Part shown: positions 60,648 through 64,000 of the stretch, piece by piece
How positions within the stretch are numbered: position 1 is the stretch's first letter
How the letters are laid out: each line of letters begins with the position of its first letter
DNA from: Stegostoma tigrinum
Lineage: Eukaryota
Assembly (NCBI RefSeq): GCF_030684315.1
Contig: NC_081387.1
Span: 20,270,678 to 20,334,677 of the forward strand
Direction: 5' to 3'
Length of the DNA stretch: 64,000 bases
The notes under the pieces: generated by a model
Told to the model about the DNA's origin: nothing
What the model saw: only the letters and a program-made list of their open reading frames with translations
Databases searched by the model: none
Made by a program: the position numbers and the translations under genes

Positions 60648-63600
60648 CTTTTTTTTATTTGAAAAAATATACTTTATTCATAAGATGTACAAAAAATAAA
60701 ACATATTTATACACCTACCCAGTCAGGCAAGCCGCTCCGGGTTACCCAGGGGCTACATACACCAACTAAAGGTAAAAACAAACAAAGAAGAAAAAAAAAC
60801 AAAGCAAAGAAAATAGCCCGGCAGTCGTCTCCCTGCACAGTCCACGTTGACCCCTGACCAGTTGGGGAAGGCGCCAGGTGGGCCCAGTTACCAGATAGGG
60901 CCCTTTTTTCCATTCTGGACGAGGGGTTTCATACCGTGGTCTTTCCCCACCGCGCCTTGGCGGCGGCTGCCCCAAGCTTTAGCACATAGTCCTGGACCTT
61001 GGAGTGCGCCAGTCTGCAACACTCGGTCGGGGTCAGTTCTTTCAGCTGGCAGACCAGCAAGTTGCGGGCAGACCAAAGAGCGTCTTTCACCGCATTGATG
61101 GTCCTCCAGGCGCAGTTGATGTTGGTCTCGGTGTGCGTCCCCGGAAACAGCCCGGAGAGCACGGAGTCCCGCGTCACGGAGCTGCTCGGGACGAACCTCA
61201 ACAAATACCACTGCATCCCCCTCCAGACCTCCCGCGCATAGGCACACTCCAGAAGGAGGTGATCAACAGTCTCGTCTCCCCCGCAGCCACCTCGAGGGCA
61301 GCGTGCGGTGGTGCAGAGATTCCGGGCATGCATAAAGGATCTCACTGGCAGAGCCCCTCTCACCGCCAGCCAAGCAATGTCCTTGTGCTTGTTTGAAAGT
61401 TCTGGCGATGAGGCATCCTGCCAAACGACTTTGGCAGTCTGCGTGGGGAACCACACGATGGGATCCACCCTCTCCCTTTCCCGAAGGGTCTTCAGGATAC
61501 TACGTGCTGACCACTGCCTGACGGCCTTGTGGTCAAAGGTGTTTCCCTTCAAAAATTTCTCCACGAAGGACAGGTGGTATGGGACGGTCCAACTACTCGG
61601 AGCGTTCCGCGGCAACGAGGCCAGGCCCATCCTTCGCAACACCGGGGACAGGGAGAACCTCAGTAAGTAGTGACACTTGGTGTTTGCATACTGAGGATCT
61701 ACGCACAGCTTGATGCAGCCGCACACAAAGGTAGCCGTCAGGGCGAGGGTGGCGTTCGGTACGCCCTTTCCCCCATTTTCCAGGTCTTCGTACATGGTGT
61801 CCCTGCGGATCCGGACCATCCTCGACCCCCAAATGAAGTGGAAGATGGCTCGGGTGACCGCAGCGGCGCAGGTCTGGGGAATAGGCCAGGCCTGCACCAC
61901 ATACAACAGTACCGAAAGCCCCTCGCACCTGACAACCAGGTTCTTACCCACGATGGAGACAGACCGGAGCGTCCACCTGCCCAGCTTCTGCTTCAGTTTG
62001 GTGATACACTCCTCCCAAGTCTTAGTGCACGCCCCAGCTCCACCAAACCAAATACCCAGCACCTTCAGGTAGTCTGTCCTGACAGTGAAGGGGATGAAGG
62101 AGCGGTCGTCCCAGTTCCCGAAGAACATGGCCTCGCTCTTACCCCTATTGACTTTGGCTCCCGAGGCCAGTTCAAACTGGCCGCAGATGTCCAACAGCCT
62201 ACTCACCGACCGACAATTGGTGCAGAAGACGGCAACGTCGTCCATGTACAGGGATGTCTTGACCTGAAGGCCTCCGCTGCCTGGGATAGTCACGCCCTTC
62301 AGGCTCACGTCCTTCCTGATGGATGCGGCGAAGGGCTCCACACAGCACACTAACAAGGCAGGAGAGAGTGGGCAGCCCTGCCTGACTCCAGATCTGACGG
62401 GAAAACTGTCCGATTCCCACCCGTTGATTGAGACTGTGCTAATGATGTTGGTGTAGAGCAGCCGGATCCAATTGCGGATGCCCTCCCCAAACCCCAATTT
62501 GAAGAGGACGTCCCTCATGTAAGCATGAGAGACCCTGTCGAAGGCCTTCTCCTGGTCCAGGCTGACGAGGCAGGTGTCCACCCGCCTGTCCTACACGTAG
62601 GCGATCGTATCCCTGATGAGCGCGAGGCTCTCAGCGATCTTCCTGCCCGGCACAGCACAGGTTTGGTCAGGGTGAATCACCGACTCCAGGACAGACCTGA
62701 CCCGGTTGTCTATGACCTTGGCCAGGATTTTGTAGTCCACGTTCAATAGTGAAATGGGACGCCAATTCTTAATTTCTTCCCTCTCCTCCTTCCTCTTGTA
62801 AATGAGGGTGATGATGCCCTTCCTCATGGACTTGCACATTTCCCCTGCCCGAAGCGCACTATCGTACACCTCCAGCAGGTCCTGGCCGACCAGGTCCCAC
62901 AGAGTGGAATACAGCTCGACTGGTAAGCCGTCGCTCCCGTGAGTCTTATTCCTCTCCAAGGGCTTGAGGGCTCTGGTCAGCTCGTCCAGGGATATTGGCC
63001 AGTCCAGCCACTCCCTCGTGCCGTCATCTAAGACCTCCATGATAGATGACAGGAATGACTCGGAGGCCATGCTGTCCGTGGGCTTCGTGTCGTACAGTCT
63101 GGCATAGAAGGGTCAGCTGATCCTCGAAATGTCGGGCCAAGACGACGTCACCGAGCCGTCGTCCTCCTTCAGCTGGCTAAGCACAGAGCTCTCTTTGTGC
63201 ACCTTCTGAAGGATGAAACGCGAGCACGTCTCGTCCTGCTCCATGGAGCAGACCCTGGACCGGAAGATTATCCTGGAGGCGTCCGTGGTGAAGAGCGAGG
63301 CTTACTGGCCCCTCACCTCACGGAGGTCCTCCGTGACATCGACCCCCATCAACTGCAGAAGGAGCAGGTTCTGCACCCTTTTCTGGAGTCGTGACAGCTT
63401 TCCCTGCCTCTCTCTCACCTTCCAATCACCCTTGAAGACGAAGAACTTCTTGATGTTCTCCTTCACTGTCTCCTACCAGTTGCCCGGAGACTCAAAGAGG
63501 GATTTCATGGTTCTCCAACCGGCGCACTCCCTCTTAAGCTCCTCGACGTTCTCTGGGGTCAACAGAGTTGTGTTGAGCTTCCACGTTCCCATGCCGGCTG

Positions 63601-64000
63601 GCTGGTCATCCTGTAAGTGACAGTTGGCCAGCAGGAGGCAGTGGTCAGAAAAGAACAACGGCTCGACGCCGGTGGACCTGACCGAGAACGCCTGTGACAC
63701 AAACAGGAAGTCTATCCTTGAGCGAATAGACCCGTCTGGCCGTGACCAGGTGTATCTCCGCTGCGCTCCGTCTGCAGGGGTGCTGAAGACGTCGAGCAGC
63801 TTGGCGTCCTTCACCGTGCCCATCAGGAATCTGGATGTGATGTCCAGTTGACTGTGCCCACCCGCTGTCCCCACGCCGGATCTTCCATCTGCATCGATGA
63901 TGCAGTTGAAGCCGCTGCAGGACGGCCAATCGCTGACTCCGTACCGCTGGGGCGTACACGTTGATCAGCCTCGGGGGAGCGTTCCTGTAGGTGACGTCAG
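60648..64000 (-). mobile_element. Tx1-clade (L1-group) non-LTR retrotransposon, ORF2 plus 3'UTR/polyA, runs off the window end
   Basis: APE motifs (YTWSR..SRIDFLF..FSDH), RT motifs (LDQEKAFDRV, GVRQGCPLSP, YMDD), C-terminal CPRGGC..ETVDHLLLEC; a few stops/frameshifts; AATAAA and A-tail at about 60648-60678; GC/CpG-rich. Confidence 0.92.

Noticed and set aside
57030-63959. Many overlapping and antisense ORFs
   Set aside because: Shadow frames of GC-rich Penelope and Tx1 coding sequence.
1-64000. Prokaryotic systems (CRISPR, operons), rRNA or true tRNA genes
   Set aside because: Eukaryotic intron-exon DNA; tRNA-like boxes are SINE heads, and no repeat-spacer array was seen.

Overview
AT-rich, repeat-dense vertebrate genomic DNA, most likely from a shark (inferred from HE1-type SINEs, CR1/HER1 LINEs, Penelope-like elements, Rex1 and Tx1 retrotransposons). 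The genic content is a small cluster of single Ig V(J)-domain receptor genes resembling NKp30/NCR3. Gene B (- strand, 21647-20288) is complete: leader, V, and a TM exon with a lysine and almost no tail, i.e. activating-type. Gene A (- strand, V exon 51292-50939 to last exon 32429-32145) has V, TM and a tail with ITSM/ITIM-like tyrosines, i.e. inhibitory-type; its leader exon is unresolved. A decayed V pseudogene lies on the + strand at about 5093-5402. An old ~0.9 kb tandem duplication inside gene A produced a second, truncated but open TM exon (40289-40198) that reads like a GPI-anchor signal, which could give a non-signalling decoy isoform. The rest is nested retroelements, including many Penelope-derived hammerhead-ribozyme motifs and a young Tx1 element whose 3' end abuts one. 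All exon models come from manual splice-site and phase analysis; none is transcript-supported here.
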